The translations under genes were made by a program, and so were the position numbers. A stretch of DNA of 64,000 nucleotides, from assembly GCA_035560235.1 (NCBI GenBank), contig DATMAG010000049.1, positions 24,300-88,299 of the forward strand. Direction: 5' to 3'. Below are positions 8,397 to 19,289 of the stretch, piece after piece. The stretch is from Blastocatellia bacterium. Lineage in GTDB: Bacteria > Acidobacteriota > Blastocatellia > RBC074. A model generated the notes under the pieces. That model was not told where the DNA came from and did not search any database. It saw nothing but the letters and a program-made list of their open reading frames with translations. Positions within the stretch are counted from its first letter, which is position 1. The number at the start of each line of letters is the position of its first letter.

Positions 8397-10238
8397 TCAC
8401 TGATTTCTTTCATAAGCCTGAATGAAAAACCCTTCGGGCTTGATTGGCGTTATCGTGTCCTGTCCGAAAACTGCCTTCAGGTGATAATGCGACTCAATCC
8501 ACCGCATCAGTTCCTGATTGTAATCACTCCCGAAAGCCCGGTCGCGGAACTCTGACGTGTCAATGTTCGCCACGAGAATCAGCGGCACTTGCAGACGGCT
8601 GATGCGCTCGATTGTCTCAGCCTCTTTCGGCCCGGCGAGAAATCCGGGATGCACAATCTCCTCGCGCAGCGGATAGCGGCGTTCGGCCAGAAAGTTAATG
8701 CTCGTTCCTTCAGGCAGCACCAGCACGTAATCATTCGGCGCAGTGTGCTGGCGCGCAAAGCTGACCGCTTCAGCCAGCGGTTTGCCGATTGATGGCAGCG
8801 TCAGAAAGCTGCCGCGCTCGGCAGTTACGCGATACGTGTTGCGTTTGTGCAGCCGCAGGATTGAACCGGCTCCGACAGCGATGATGGCAACGGCAATCAT
8901 GCCTATCGCCGTTCGGCGCGCCAGGTCGCGGGCGCGCTCATTACTGAGCAGCCACGACGGCGCGGCGCGAAACAGCAGGTACAGCACAACGATGATGACG
9001 GTGGGAACAAAGAATGGCGTATAAGGCCCGCTGGTCGTCACGTTGAGCAGCACTCGCGCAATTGCGCCCAGGCTGAACGCGGTTATCACCAGCAGCGCTG
9101 ACATCAGTTGCTTTTGAACGTTGTCAGCTTTGCGCATGTGCCACCAGCGCACGGCGCTCGCAACAAATACTGCGGCAAGCAACAGCGGCGCAGCAGCGAG
9201 CGGGCTTGAATCGCCATTTGCGCCAAACAGCCTGACCATTCCAAGCCACAAGGCCAGTGCCGCAGCCAGCACTTTCCAGATGCGTGTGGCATCAACGCCT
9301 GCTTCTGCCTTTCTGCGCCCGGCCATCAGCCAGCCAGAGAGCGCGCTGATCGCGCACAGCAGCAGAAAGGTTCCCGTTGCAGCCAGAATATTGGCGAGCG
9401 AGCGCGGCCAGTCGGCAAAGCCGCCGATGTTGCGGTTGTAGTAAATAAGCTGCGGCGGAAAGTTGAAGAAGAGCGCGTAGTTGTCTTCAATCAGCGTGCG
9501 CCATCCCACGCGCTTCAGAATCAGCGCATAAGCTCCGCCGCCAAAGATGATGACCGGCACAATTGCAGCCAGCGCGGCCCGCCACTGAATCTTTCTTTCA
9601 GCAAGCGAAACAATCAGCCACGCCACAGCCAGGGCAATCGCGGCAGGCAGAAACAGATCAAGCTTGCACGCGAGGGCCAGTCCTGTTGCACTTCCCGCCA
9701 GCAGCATCCAGCGAGGCCGGTGACTGCGCAGATAACCCAGCGCAGCCCACAGCGCCAGCAGCGCAAAGACCAGCCCGTAGAGCGCCGCATAAGCGTAAGG
9801 CGAAATGTAATTCGCTGTCGCCTTGAAAGCGCACAGCACAATCACCAGGCCAGCAGCCAGCGCAGCCTCGCGTTCATTCATCAACTGCCGCGCCAGCAGG
9901 TAAATCAGCAGCGCAATTATCACCGCGCACACGCCGCCGCTCAGATGCAGCACATTCAGATGAATGCCGAACAGACGATACAGCACGGCATTGAAATAAG
10001 GCGCGAACGGGCCGTAAAGAAACTGCACATCAGCATACAACTGCTCACCGGCCAGCAGTCGCGCAGGCAGATTCATTTCGCGCCCGTGATCAATGATCGG
10101 CTGCGTCCATCGCTGCCACGTGCCGATCAGCATCACAGCAAACAGCGCAGCGAGCGCCAGCAAAGGCGGCGCATCACGACAAGTGATGAAGACAGATTGT
10201 TCACTGGTGAATGATTCGGGCGGGGCTGGCTCGCGCAT
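8397..10238 (-). CDS. polytopic membrane glycosyltransferase-like protein (GT39/ArnT/PMT-like) with a C-terminal soluble domain
   Basis: The protein is 613 aa. The N-terminal roughly 450 aa contain many hydrophobic segments arranged as in ArnT/PMT_2-type undecaprenyl- or dolichyl-phosphate-sugar transferases. The family assignment is by resemblance only. Confidence 0.45.
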   Translation of the reverse strand: MREPAPPESFTSEQSVFITCRDAPPLLALAALFAVMLIGTWQRWTQPIIDHGREMNLPARLLAGEQLYADVQFLYGPFAPYFNAVLYRLFGIHLNVLHLSGGVCAVIIALLIYLLARQLMNEREAALAAGLVIVLCAFKATANYISPYAYAALYGLVFALLALWAALGYLRSHRPRWMLLAGSATGLALACKLDLFLPAAIALAVAWLIVSLAERKIQWRAALAAIVPVIIFGGGAYALILKRVGWRTLIEDNYALFFNFPPQLIYYNRNIGGFADWPRSLANILAATGTFLLLCAISALSGWLMAGRRKAEAGVDATRIWKVLAAALALWLGMVRLFGANGDSSPLAAAPLLLAAVFVASAVRWWHMRKADNVQKQLMSALLVITAFSLGAIARVLLNVTTSGPYTPFFVPTVIIVVLYLLFRAAPSWLLSNERARDLARRTAIGMIAVAIIAVGAGSILRLHKRNTYRVTAERGSFLTLPSIGKPLAEAVSFARQHTAPNDYVLVLPEGTSINFLAERRYPLREEIVHPGFLAGPKEAETIERISRLQVPLILVANIDTSEFRDRAFGSDYNQELMRWIESHYHLKAVFGQDTITPIKPEGFFIQAYERNQ

Positions 10239-10244
10239 CGGTGA

Positions 10245-10781
10245 TTACTTTCCTGGCAGCGGCGACCGCAGTTCAGCTTTCAGCAGGCGGCCCCACTTTG
10301 CGTCGAACGGATGCACCTGGCTGACCTGCTGACCGTCGCGGTAAACCGGGCGGCCTTCGTTGGCCCACTCGAAGATTGAGCCTTCAAGATTGCTGACATT
10401 CGCGTAACCACGCGCTTTCAGCTTTTGCGCAAGAGCTGACGAACGCCAGCCGACTGAGCAGTAAACCACGATTCGGCGGGTCTGATCTGCATCACGCAGT
10501 TCTTCCAGCGCCTGCGCTTCATCTGCTGCCGGTCGCGCATTCAGCAGATGACTGACTTCATATTCCTCAGGGCTGCGCGCATCAAGCAGGATGGGACGTT
10601 CACTTTCAGGCGCTGATAACCACTGACTGAGTTGCGCAGTCGAAACCTGCGCCACGTCGGGGAACCGCTCACGCACTGTTTGTTTGATCTGCTCCATCTC
10701 TGTCTGATCGCTGCGACCAGCGCACGCGGCCAGCATCAGGGCCGCACAAACAAGAACGAATCTGCATTGGCTGATCTTCAT
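10245..10781 (-). CDS. rhodanese-domain sulfurtransferase, lipoprotein-type signal
   Basis: The rhodanese active-site region reads ...IVVYCSVGWRSSALAQKLKARGYANVSNLEGSIFEWANEGRPV. The N-terminus MKISQCRFVLVCAALMLAACAG carries a lipobox-like cysteine. The ATG is at 10781. Confidence 0.7.
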   Translation of the reverse strand: MKISQCRFVLVCAALMLAACAGRSDQTEMEQIKQTVRERFPDVAQVSTAQLSQWLSAPESERPILLDARSPEEYEVSHLLNARPAADEAQALEELRDADQTRRIVVYCSVGWRSSALAQKLKARGYANVSNLEGSIFEWANEGRPVYRDGQQVSQVHPFDAKWGRLLKAELRSPLPGK

Positions 10782-10888
10782 GATCTGATTTCTCTCCGGT
10801 GCAGCAGGAACGATGACGCAGTATAATTGCCTGGCCAGAGCCATCGCAATTTGTTCTCAATGCAGTATCACAACCAGGAGACTTTCTG

Positions 10889-12604
10889 ATGAAATCATTA
10901 CGCCAGTTCTGCCCCGTCATTTTGCTGTCCGTGCTGGCGCTCACGGCGTGTGGCCCCCAGGGCACCGAAGCGCAGAAGAAGGAGGAACAAAAGATGTCTG
11001 CGGATTCGTCACTCCAGGCAAAGATCAATCGCTTTGCGCCGACCGAAATCACCGCCGATGTGTCGCACCTGTCAGCAGGCGACCGCAAGGCGCTCGACAA
11101 AATCATCGAAGCCGCAAAGCTGCTCGACCCGCTCTTTCGCCGTCAGGTCTGGAGCGGCAACGATGCGCTTTTGAAAAAGCTCGAAGCCGACACTTCACCT
11201 GAAGGCAAAGCAAAGCTGCATTACTTTCTGATCAATGTCGGCCCCTGGTCGCGGCTCGACAAGAACGAACCGTTTATCGAAGGCGTCCCGCCCAAACCGC
11301 ACGGCGCGAATTATTACCCTGAAGACATGACCAAAGAGGAATTTGAAGCGTGGGTGAAAACGCTGCCCGAAGCTGAACAGAAACGCGCAACCGGATTTTT
11401 CTGGCTCGTTCGCCGCGATGAAAACAAGAAGCTCAAACTTGTGCCTTACAGCCAGGAATACCGCGAGTTTCTGGAACCGGCGGCGAAGCTGTTGCGCGAA
11501 GCCGCCGACCTGACAACGAATGCGACGCTCAAAAACTTTCTGACGAAACGCGCCGATGCCTTCAAATCGGATGATTATTACGCCAGCGATGTCGCGTGGA
11601 TGGAACTTGACGCGCCGATTGATGTGACCATCGGCCCGTATGAAACTTACGAGGATGAACTGTTCAGCTACAAGGCTGCTTATGAAGCTTACGTCACGCT
11701 GCGCGATGAGGCCGAATCAGAGAAGCTGAAAAAATTCAGCGGCTGGTTGCAGGAACTCGAAAACAATCTGCCCTTTGATCCGAAATACCGCAATCCGAAA
11801 CTCGGCGCGGCCTCACCGATTCGCGTGGTTGATGTGGTCTTCAATTCCGGCGAAGGCAATCGCGGCGTACAGACGGCGGCCTTCAATCTGCCGAACGATG
11901 AGCGCGTCGTGAAGGAAAAAGGCTCGAAGCGCGTGATGCTCAAAAACGTGCAGGAAGCGAAATTCAAACAGACGCTGATTCCGATTTCAAAGGTCGTGCT
12001 CGAACCGGCGCAGCAGGCCGACGTTGATTTCGATTCATTCTTCACGCACATCCTCGCGCACGAACTGATGCACGGCCTCGGCCCGCACAACATCAAAGTC
12101 GGCGGTAAGGAGACGACGGTGCGACAGCAGCTCAGGAATCTTTATTCCGCGCTTGAAGAAGCCAAGGCCGACATCACAGGCCTGTGGGCGCTGCAATACC
12201 TGATGGACAAGGGACTGGTGGACAAAAAGATGGAACGCACGATGTACACCACCTTCCTCGCCAGCATGTTTCGTTCAGTGCGCTTTGGCATCACTGAAGC
12301 GCACGGCAAAGGCGTGGCGCTGCAATTCAACTACCTGATGGACGAAGGCGCTTTCAAAATCAACGAAGCGAACGGCACGTTCAGCGTTGATCCGGCAAAG
12401 ATCAAAGACGCCGTGCGCAAGCTGACCGGCGAGATTCTGACCATTGAAGCCGAAGGCTCTTACGACAAGGCGAAAGCGCTGCTCGACAAATATGCCGTGA
12501 TCAGACCGGCGATGCAGAAGGCGCTCGACAGGCTGAAGGATGTGCCGGTGGACATTGAACCGAAATTCCCGCTGGCTCAGATTTCAGCGACTGCGACCAG
12601 GTAA
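10889..12604 (+). CDS. secreted Zn-metallopeptidase with HExxH motif, DPP III-like (M49-related) family
   Basis: The N-terminus MKSLRQFCPVILLSVLALTACG is a signal or lipobox. The motif HELMHGLGPH contains HExxH. The overall size and motif context resemble bacterial dipeptidyl-peptidase-3-family proteins. The family call is tentative. Confidence 0.5.
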   Translation: MKSLRQFCPVILLSVLALTACGPQGTEAQKKEEQKMSADSSLQAKINRFAPTEITADVSHLSAGDRKALDKIIEAAKLLDPLFRRQVWSGNDALLKKLEADTSPEGKAKLHYFLINVGPWSRLDKNEPFIEGVPPKPHGANYYPEDMTKEEFEAWVKTLPEAEQKRATGFFWLVRRDENKKLKLVPYSQEYREFLEPAAKLLREAADLTTNATLKNFLTKRADAFKSDDYYASDVAWMELDAPIDVTIGPYETYEDELFSYKAAYEAYVTLRDEAESEKLKKFSGWLQELENNLPFDPKYRNPKLGAASPIRVVDVVFNSGEGNRGVQTAAFNLPNDERVVKEKGSKRVMLKNVQEAKFKQTLIPISKVVLEPAQQADVDFDSFFTHILAHELMHGLGPHNIKVGGKETTVRQQLRNLYSALEEAKADITGLWALQYLMDKGLVDKKMERTMYTTFLASMFRSVRFGITEAHGKGVALQFNYLMDEGAFKINEANGTFSVDPAKIKDAVRKLTGEILTIEAEGSYDKAKALLDKYAVIRPAMQKALDRLKDVPVDIEPKFPLAQISATATR

Positions 12605-12736
12605 ACTCCAGTAAAGCGGGCACGAACGATATGTGGGACGGCTGCTGGTCGTGGGGCAGGCTTTGTGAGCGTAAATCCTCTCACCCCGCAACAAGGTGAT
12701 GATTCGTTGCGCCAGACAAAATTCCCGCCTGCCCCC

Positions 12737-12773
12737 GCCTGGGAGCGCGAGCGTCCCGCTCGCGCTCCCAGGC
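12737..12773. other. perfect 16-bp-stem palindrome (gcctgggagcgcgagcg tccc gctcgcgctcccaggc) in the proS 5-prime region
   Basis: Read directly from the sequence. No downstream U-tract is present. It could act as an attenuator or a protein-binding site. Confidence 0.3.
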
Positions 12774-12865
12774 TCCCTGACGATGACTCTATTGACCTGA
12801 TGGCGTTCCGGCAGGCATTATCTTCCGTCAATTTGCCTTTATTTTCTGAACAGGGAGTTAACCGG

Positions 12866-14653
12866 ATGCGCTGGTCACACTATTTCATTCCCACCTTACG
12901 CGAAGATCCCGCTGATGCCGAAGTCATCAGCCACAAACTGCTCCTGCGCGCCGGACTGATCCGGCAACTTGGCGCAGGCATCTATTCTTACCTGCCGCTC
13001 GCGCAGCGTTCGATTCTGAAAATCACACAGATCATCCGCGAAGAGATGAACGCCATCGGCGGTCAGGAATTTTATCTGCCCGCGCTGAATCCGGCGGAAG
13101 TGTGGCAGGAATCGGGCCGCTGGACGGTAATGGGCGACAATATGTTTCGCCTGAAGGATCGCAAGGGCGCTGATCTTTGCCTGGGCATGACACACGAAGA
13201 AGTCTTTACCGACATCGCGCGCAAGCATCTGCGTTCATACAAGCAACTGCCGCAGGTCTGGTATCAGATACAGACCAAGTTCCGCGATGAACCGCGCCCG
13301 AAATCGGGGCTGCTGCGTGTGCGGCAGTTCACGATGAAGGATGCTTACACCTTCGACATTGATTTCGCCGGACTCGACAAAGCGTTTGAGGATCAGCGTC
13401 GCGCCTATTGCCGCATCTACGAACGCTGCGGGCTGGATTACGTCATCGTCGAAGCCGACACCGGCGCGATGGGCGGTTCGGCCTCGAACGAGTTCATGGT
13501 TTACACCAATGCGGGCGAAGACATGGTCGCTAGTTGCGCGCAGTGCGGTTACGCCGCGAATACTGAAAAGGCAAAGTCGCGCATCCCTGCGATTGCTGAT
13601 GAAAACGCTGACGCGCCGGTTGAGAAATTCCCGACGCCGGGCGTGCGCACAATTGAGGACCTGGTAACCTTTGAAGGCGGTGCAGCGGCTGAGCGTCAGA
13701 TCAAGACGCTGGTTTACGTCGCAGTCGTCGAAGACAAAAAAGGCATTCGGAACGAAATCATCCTTGCCCTGCTGCGCGGCGATCATCCGCTCAATGAAGC
13801 GAAGCTCGCCTCGGCAGTCGGCGCAATGCTGCGCTCCGAGAAGGCCGAATTGCAGCAGTTGCGTCCGGCGCATCCCGAAGAAATCTTTGACGCCCTGGGC
13901 GCACACGCGGGCAGCCTCGGCGCAGTCGGCGTGGCGAAATACAAAATCATTGCTGACGAAGCGCTGCGTGGTCGCGCGAACATGACCACAGGCGCCAACG
14001 TTGACGATCATCACCTGCGCGGCGTCAACATTGAGCGCGACATCAAAGTGACGCAGTGGGCCGATCTGCGCACCGTAGCCGAGGGCGAAGGCTGCCCGAA
14101 CTGTGAAGGGACATTGCGCATCGGCAAGGCGCTCGAAATCGGACACATCTTCAAGCTCGGGACAAAGTACAGCGATTCGATGGGCGCGCGTGTGCTGAAT
14201 GCTGAAGGAAAGGAAGTGCCGATTGTCATGGGCAGTTACGGCATCGGCGTCGAACGCATCCTGGCTGCAGCGATTGAACTGCATTACGACGAAGCAGGCA
14301 TCATCTTCCCGGTCACGATTGCGCCGTTTCAGGTAGTCGTCACGCCGCTCAACAGCAAAGACGAAGAGTTGCGCCGCACTGCCGATGCGATTTACGAAAA
14401 GCTTCAGCACGCCGGAATCGAGGTGCTTTACGATGACCGCGACGAACGCGCCGGAGTGAAGCTCAACGACGCCGACCTGATTGGCATTCCGTACCGCATC
14501 ACGATTGGCGCAAAGAAGCTGAAGGAAGGCAGGGTTGAATTCACCGACCGCGCCACCCGCCAGGCTGAGGATGTCGCGGTTGATGAGGCAGCCGAAGTCG
14601 CCATGCAGCGGGTTCAGCACGCGCTGAGAGAACTGAACAAACCCGCACAGTGA
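12866..14653 (+). CDS. proS: proline--tRNA ligase (bacterial type with editing domain)
   Basis: [45 protein letters not shown]... plus class II motifs and a C-terminal anticodon-binding region. The ATG is at 12866, within the 12665 ORF. Confidence 0.9.
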   Translation: MRWSHYFIPTLREDPADAEVISHKLLLRAGLIRQLGAGIYSYLPLAQRSILKITQIIREEMNAIGGQEFYLPALNPAEVWQESGRWTVMGDNMFRLKDRKGADLCLGMTHEEVFTDIARKHLRSYKQLPQVWYQIQTKFRDEPRPKSGLLRVRQFTMKDAYTFDIDFAGLDKAFEDQRRAYCRIYERCGLDYVIVEADTGAMGGSASNEFMVYTNAGEDMVASCAQCGYAANTEKAKSRIPAIADENADAPVEKFPTPGVRTIEDLVTFEGGAAAERQIKTLVYVAVVEDKKGIRNEIILALLRGDHPLNEAKLASAVGAMLRSEKAELQQLRPAHPEEIFDALGAHAGSLGAVGVAKYKIIADEALRGRANMTTGANVDDHHLRGVNIERDIKVTQWADLRTVAEGEGCPNCEGTLRIGKALEIGHIFKLGTKYSDSMGARVLNAEGKEVPIVMGSYGIGVERILAAAIELHYDEAGIIFPVTIAPFQVVVTPLNSKDEELRRTADAIYEKLQHAGIEVLYDDRDERAGVKLNDADLIGIPYRITIGAKKLKEGRVEFTDRATRQAEDVAVDEAAEVAMQRVQHALRELNKPAQ

Positions 14654-14726
14654 AGCACGCTCTCCGGTTCAGATTCTTCAGACTGTGGCGCTGTGTTACG
14701 ATGCAGACAGGAAAAAGAGGATATTT

Positions 14727-15014
14727 ATGGAAGATAACGACGATCTGCTGAGCTTTATCGCTTCCAATATCGAAACCATTCGCGATCAGATGGCCTCAAG
14801 GAGTGATATTACACGACTGGAAGCAAAGCTTGATACCGGACAAGCCGCGCTGCGCGGCGACATCGAGCGTGTGGATCTGCGGCTCGATGGCATTGATCAC
14901 AAACTCGACAACCGGCTCGATCAGTTTGAAACTGAACTGAGCCGGTTGCGGAGTGTGGTTTATCTGCTCGCCAAAGACCGGCCCGAACTGCTGCGACTGC
15001 TCGGCCATCAATGA
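14727..15014 (+). CDS. small coiled-coil protein of unknown function
   Basis: MEDNDDLLSFIASNIETIRDQMASRSDITRLEAKLDTGQAALRGDIERVDLRLDGIDHKLDNRLDQFETELSRLRSVVYLLAKDRPELL. The ATG at 14727 is preceded by AAAAAGAGG. The protein has heptad-like periodicity and I recognise no family for it. Confidence 0.4.
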   Translation: MEDNDDLLSFIASNIETIRDQMASRSDITRLEAKLDTGQAALRGDIERVDLRLDGIDHKLDNRLDQFETELSRLRSVVYLLAKDRPELLRLLGHQ

Positions 15015-15115
15015 AAACCGCATCCATTCAGGCAGTCGCGGCCTCAGCAGCAGAGCAAATCGAACCACGCAACACCCTGTCTCCAGCTCAGCCGTTCAGC
15101 AATTCTGCACTCTCC

Positions 15116-17395
15116 TTAACTTCTCCTGCTGCGTCCGGGCGGCGCGGCGCTGACGACTGAAAAATCCACCAGATGCCGGTCAACATTGACGCGCTCCACC
15201 CGCACGCGCACGCGGTCACCGAGGCGATATGTTTTGCGGCGCTGTCGGCCCGTCAGTGTGTGCATGCGTTCGTTGAAGTCGTAGTAATCATCAGTGAGTG
15301 AAGCAACGGCGACCAGCCCTTCAATAAAGAATTCGTCAAGCTCGACAAAGAAGCCGAATTCGCGCACGTTGACGATCATGCCCTCGAATTCCTCGCCGAC
15401 GCGTTCGGCCATAAAGACGGCCTTGCGCCATTCGTCAATCTCGCGTTCGGCATCATCGGCGGCGCGTTCGCGCTGGCTTGATTCATCAGCCATCACTTCA
15501 AGCTCTGCCGCCGGAATCGGGGCTTTGATCCGGCCTTTGCCTTTTATGGTCTTCTTCTTTTTGCCCTCTTCATCGCTGTCAGCCAGGCTGGCGAACACTC
15601 TGCTTTCACCGAGTTGCGGCGACTGCTGCAGCAGGGCACGCAGAATGCGGTGTACCAGCAGGTCAGGATAGCGGCGAATCGGTGAAGTGAAGTGCGTGTA
15701 AACCGGCGCAGCCAGACCGAAATGCCCGGCGTTGAATGCCGTGTAGCGGGCGCGCTGCAATGAACGCAGCATCGCATAGGCCAGCACGCGCTCTTCAGGC
15801 CTGCCCGCAAGCTGGTGCGACAGCCGCTGATAATCGTGCGAACTGACGCCTTCAACCGGAAAGCGATAGCCATAGGCTCGCGCCAGTTCAGCGAATTCAA
15901 TCACGCGCTGCGGCTCAGGCTCTTCGTGAATGCGATAGACCGCAGGCACGCCGAGGCGTTCCAGATGCCCCGCGACGGTTTCATTCGCCAGCAGCATGAA
16001 CTCTTCGATGATGCGGTGCGCGATGTTGCGTTCGGCCTTCAGCACTCCGGCGATGCGGCCTTCATCGTCGAACTCAAAGATTGATTCCGGCAGGTTGAAA
16101 TCAATCGCGCCGCGCCGCTCACGCATGCGAATCAGAATGCGCGCAAGTTCTTCCATCGTGCGAAAGAGTTCAAGCAGATCAGCGTAACGCATCGAAAGCG
16201 CCGGGGCTTCGTGCCGGAGCAGCGCGTTGACATGGGTATAAGTCATGCGTTCGTTGCTGCGAATCACCGTTTCGCGCAGTTCATAGCTGACCACTTTGCC
16301 GTGCTGATCAACTTCCATCAGCGCCGACATTGCCAGGCGATCGACTTTCGGATTGAGCGAACAGATGCCGTTCGACAGTTTTTCAGGCAGCATCGGAATG
16401 GCGCGTTCGGGAAAGTAGACCGACGTGCCGCGCAACCGCGCTTCAGTGTCGAGCGCCGTTCCCTCGCGCACGTAATAACTGACATCAGCAATGTGAACGC
16501 CGAGATGAAAGTTGCCGTTGTCGAGTTTTTTCAGGCTGATGGCATCATCGAAATCACGCGCGGTTTCGCCATCAATCGTGACGATAGGAACGTCACGCAG
16601 ATCAAGCCGTCCGGCGCGCTGTTCGGCGGTAACTTCAGGCGAAATGTTTTCAGCTTCGGCCAGCACTTCAGGCGGGAAGATGTGCGGCAGGTCGTGTTTG
16701 TGGATGACGATTTCAATATCAATGCCCTGCTCTGCTGACGATGCGCCGAGGTATTGCACCACGCGCCCTGCCGGATCAGTTCCGGCCACCGGGTAGCGCG
16801 TGACTTCGATGACGACGATTGAACCTTCGCTCAGTTCAGCAGCGTCAACTTTATCGCTGAACTCTTCGACATCAATTTCATACGGAAACTTTTCATCCAG
16901 CGATTCGACAAAACCGTGATGACGAAAGGTCGTCTGCCAGCGGCCCACAATCCGCAGCGTGCCGCGTTTGAGCAGCAGTTCAACCTTTCCTTCGCGGTCA
17001 GCGCCGCGATGATGCCTGAACAGACTGATCACGACGCGGTCACCATCAAAGGTGCCTGCGGCTTCTTCGGGCGCAATGCGAATGCGGCCCCGCGCCGCTT
17101 CAGCTTTGTCATCAGGAATGAAGCTGATCATCTTGCGTCGCCGCTGCCTGATCGTGCCGATCAGTGCGCGATTTGAATCGGCCCAGCGAAAGTCATTGCC
17201 GTATCGCCGCAGCAGTCCCGCGCCCTGCAGACGATTCAGAACCCAGGTCAGTTGCTTCTGCTGCGCGCGGTTGAGGTCAAGGTATTCAGCGAGTTCCTTT
17301 GCTGACATTCCATCAGGAAATTCGCGCAACGCCGCAATGACTGCGTCCGGCTCGAACGTCGCTTCAGCTTCCTTTCGTTTGTATTTCTTCTTCAT
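15116..17395 (-). CDS. rnr: ribonuclease R (RNB family 3-prime to 5-prime exoribonuclease with C-terminal S1 domain)
   Basis: The protein has an N-terminal winged-helix and cold-shock region, an RNB catalytic core (...LDLRDVPIVTIDGETARDFDDAISL...HIADVSYYV...) and a C-terminal S1 domain (...EGMIVNVREFGFFVELDEFFIEGLV...) ending in a basic tail. The start is at MKKKYK. Confidence 0.85.
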   Translation of the reverse strand: MKKKYKRKEAEATFEPDAVIAALREFPDGMSAKELAEYLDLNRAQQKQLTWVLNRLQGAGLLRRYGNDFRWADSNRALIGTIRQRRRKMISFIPDDKAEAARGRIRIAPEEAAGTFDGDRVVISLFRHHRGADREGKVELLLKRGTLRIVGRWQTTFRHHGFVESLDEKFPYEIDVEEFSDKVDAAELSEGSIVVIEVTRYPVAGTDPAGRVVQYLGASSAEQGIDIEIVIHKHDLPHIFPPEVLAEAENISPEVTAEQRAGRLDLRDVPIVTIDGETARDFDDAISLKKLDNGNFHLGVHIADVSYYVREGTALDTEARLRGTSVYFPERAIPMLPEKLSNGICSLNPKVDRLAMSALMEVDQHGKVVSYELRETVIRSNERMTYTHVNALLRHEAPALSMRYADLLELFRTMEELARILIRMRERRGAIDFNLPESIFEFDDEGRIAGVLKAERNIAHRIIEEFMLLANETVAGHLERLGVPAVYRIHEEPEPQRVIEFAELARAYGYRFPVEGVSSHDYQRLSHQLAGRPEERVLAYAMLRSLQRARYTAFNAGHFGLAAPVYTHFTSPIRRYPDLLVHRILRALLQQSPQLGESRVFASLADSDEEGKKKKTIKGKGRIKAPIPAAELEVMADESSQRERAADDAEREIDEWRKAVFMAERVGEEFEGMIVNVREFGFFVELDEFFIEGLVAVASLTDDYYDFNERMHTLTGRQRRKTYRLGDRVRVRVERVNVDRHLVDFSVVSAAPPGRSRRS

Positions 17396-17479
17396 CGTGT
17401 GACCCGGTAATAAACACAAAGGACACGCCGGATGATTCCGCGTGTCCCTGTTGTAAAGATATTCGCCAGGCCGTCTGCC

Positions 17480-18688
17480 TTATCTGGCGCGTTCCTGCTG
17501 CATTTGACTGATGCGCGCAACAGCCTGCTGAATCGCGGCGAGTGAGTTGGCATAAGACAGTCTCAGATAACCTTCAATGCCGAATGCAGCGCCCGCACTC
17601 AGCGCAACGCCGTAATCGCGCAGCAGTGTCTGCTGAAGCTGTGACGATGATTCAAAGCCGCAGTCCTGCATCAACTGCTTCACGTTCGGGAAAACATAAA
17701 ACGCGCCTTCAGGCATTTCGCACTTGACGCCCGGAATCTGATTGAGCGCAGGCACCAGCCATTCGGCGCGGCGCTGATATTCAGCGAGCATCGCAGCCAC
17801 AGACTGCTGCGATTCAGTCAGCGCAGCGATGGCGGCCTTCTGCGCGATTGAGTTTGCGCCCGAAGTTGACTGCGTCGAAATCTTCAGCACTTCGGCAATC
17901 CATTCCGGCGGCCCAAGCGTGAAGCCAAGCCGCCAGCCGGTCATCGCATAAGTTTTGGAAAACGATCCGGCAATCAGCACGCGCTGTCGCAGTTCGGCGG
18001 GCAATGAAGCGGCTGACTGCGGCTTTCGCGGAGGGTAGACGAAATGCATATAGCATTCATCTGAAATCACCCACAGCCCGCGCTCGACTGCCGCTTCGAT
18101 AATCTTTCTGAATTCATCCTGAGCAATCACGCGGCCCGTCGGATTTGACGGCGAATTGATGATGAGCAGCCTTGATTGCGGCGTGATGGCCGATTTCACC
18201 AGATCAGCGGTCAGGTGAAAATCGGTTGCTTCGGTGTCAATCGAAACCACGCGACCTTCGGCAAAATGAACGATTTCAGGAAACGAAACCCAGCACGGGC
18301 GTTCGAGCAGCACTTCGTCGCCAGGATTGATGAGCGCCATCACGGCATTGAAGATTCCCTGCTTGCCGCCGCTCACGACGCAGCAGTTCGCTACTTCGTA
18401 ATCAGAACCGAAATCGTGATTGATGCATTCGATGATGGCCCGGCGCAACGGCAGCGTGCCGCTTGTCGCGGTGTATTTGGTGAAGTTCTCATCGAGCGCG
18501 CGTTTCGCCGCGTCCTTGATGTTTTCAGGCGTCGGGAAATCAGGCTCGCCTGCGCCCAGGTCAATGATTTCGATGCCCTGCGCGCGCAATCGTTCGGCTT
18601 CGGCAACAATGGCGGCGAGCGCCGAGGCTCTGGTGTGCTGTGCGCGACGTGAAGGCTGAAAAGGTATCTGAGTCATTGGATGGATCAA
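17480..18688 (-). CDS. class I/II pyridoxal-phosphate aminotransferase (aspartate aminotransferase-like)
   Basis: Includes the segments ...[12 protein letters not shown]... and ...[15 protein letters not shown]..., the second with the Lys of the SxSK motif. The protein is 402 aa. Confidence 0.8.
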   Translation of the reverse strand: MIHPMTQIPFQPSRRAQHTRASALAAIVAEAERLRAQGIEIIDLGAGEPDFPTPENIKDAAKRALDENFTKYTATSGTLPLRRAIIECINHDFGSDYEVANCCVVSGGKQGIFNAVMALINPGDEVLLERPCWVSFPEIVHFAEGRVVSIDTEATDFHLTADLVKSAITPQSRLLIINSPSNPTGRVIAQDEFRKIIEAAVERGLWVISDECYMHFVYPPRKPQSAASLPAELRQRVLIAGSFSKTYAMTGWRLGFTLGPPEWIAEVLKISTQSTSGANSIAQKAAIAALTESQQSVAAMLAEYQRRAEWLVPALNQIPGVKCEMPEGAFYVFPNVKQLMQDCGFESSSQLQQTLLRDYGVALSAGAAFGIEGYLRLSYANSLAAIQQAVARISQMQQERAR

Positions 18689-18702
18689 TGGGTGAAGGGT
18701 GG

Positions 18703-19191
18703 TTATGGCCGACCGAGTTTGGCGCGCATGCGTTCGATGACCAGTTCCGGTACCAGCCCGTCAACAGAGCCGCCGAGGATGAAGACTTCCTTGATCAGTC
18801 GCGAACTGACGTATGAATAATCCTCGTGCGACATCATAAAGACAGTCTCGACCGCCGGATTGAGTCGCCGATTCATCAGCGCCATCTGCAATTCATATTC
18901 GTAATCCGAAATGGCGCGAATGCCGCGCACCACGGCGTGCGCCTGTTGTCTGGCGGCGTAATCAACCAGCAGCCCGTCAAAGGTATCAACCCGCACCCTG
19001 GGGAAGCGCGCGTTGAGCACCTCGTTGAGCATGGCAATGCGTTCATCGAGCGTGAACATCGGGTTCTTGCCGGGATTGATCAGCAAAGCGACTATGACTT
19101 CGTCAAACAGGTTACAGGCACGTTCAATGATGTCGAGGTGACCGTTTGTCACCGGATCGAAAGTGCCAGGATAAATTGCGCGGCGTGTCAC
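18703..19191 (-). CDS. coaD: phosphopantetheine adenylyltransferase
   Basis: The CoaD signature [22 protein letters not shown]... is present. The ORF extends to 19272, but I place the start at the GTG at 19191 (V-T-R-R-A-I-Y-P-G) by analogy to canonical CoaD N-termini. The start assignment is uncertain. Confidence 0.8.
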   Translation of the reverse strand: MTRRAIYPGTFDPVTNGHLDIIERACNLFDEVIVALLINPGKNPMFTLDERIAMLNEVLNARFPRVRVDTFDGLLVDYAARQQAHAVVRGIRAISDYEYELQMALMNRRLNPAVETVFMMSHEDYSYVSSRLIKEVFILGGSVDGLVPELVIERMRAKLGRP

Positions 19192-19218
19192 AGGACCGAC
19201 TCTCCTTATTATTGAACT

Positions 19219-19289
19219 TGAGATTACAGATTGCAGATTGTGATTGAGCCGGGCTGCAATCTGCAATCTCAAATCTGCAATTACGCAAT
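19219..19289. repeat. GATTGCAG-type palindromic element (agattgcagattg ... caatctgcaatct) between the rsmD stop and the coaD start
   Basis: An inverted repeat with 13-nt arms is read directly. It shares the motif seen at 661-705. Confidence 0.5.

Noticed and set aside
13235-14620. Long antisense ORFs opposite well-supported genes (for example 13235..14620 opposite proS, 26010..26891 opposite recJ, 57989..59008 opposite Nramp, 46356..47285 opposite GH4, 47467..48738 opposite M20, 52505..53680 opposite the TonB-dependent receptor, 5307..5975 opposite DUF1553)
   Set aside because: Stop-codon-poor antisense frames are typical of high-GC DNA. Their translations are low-complexity (Arg/Ala/Ser-rich) with no recognisable motifs, while the sense-strand genes have clear homology signatures.
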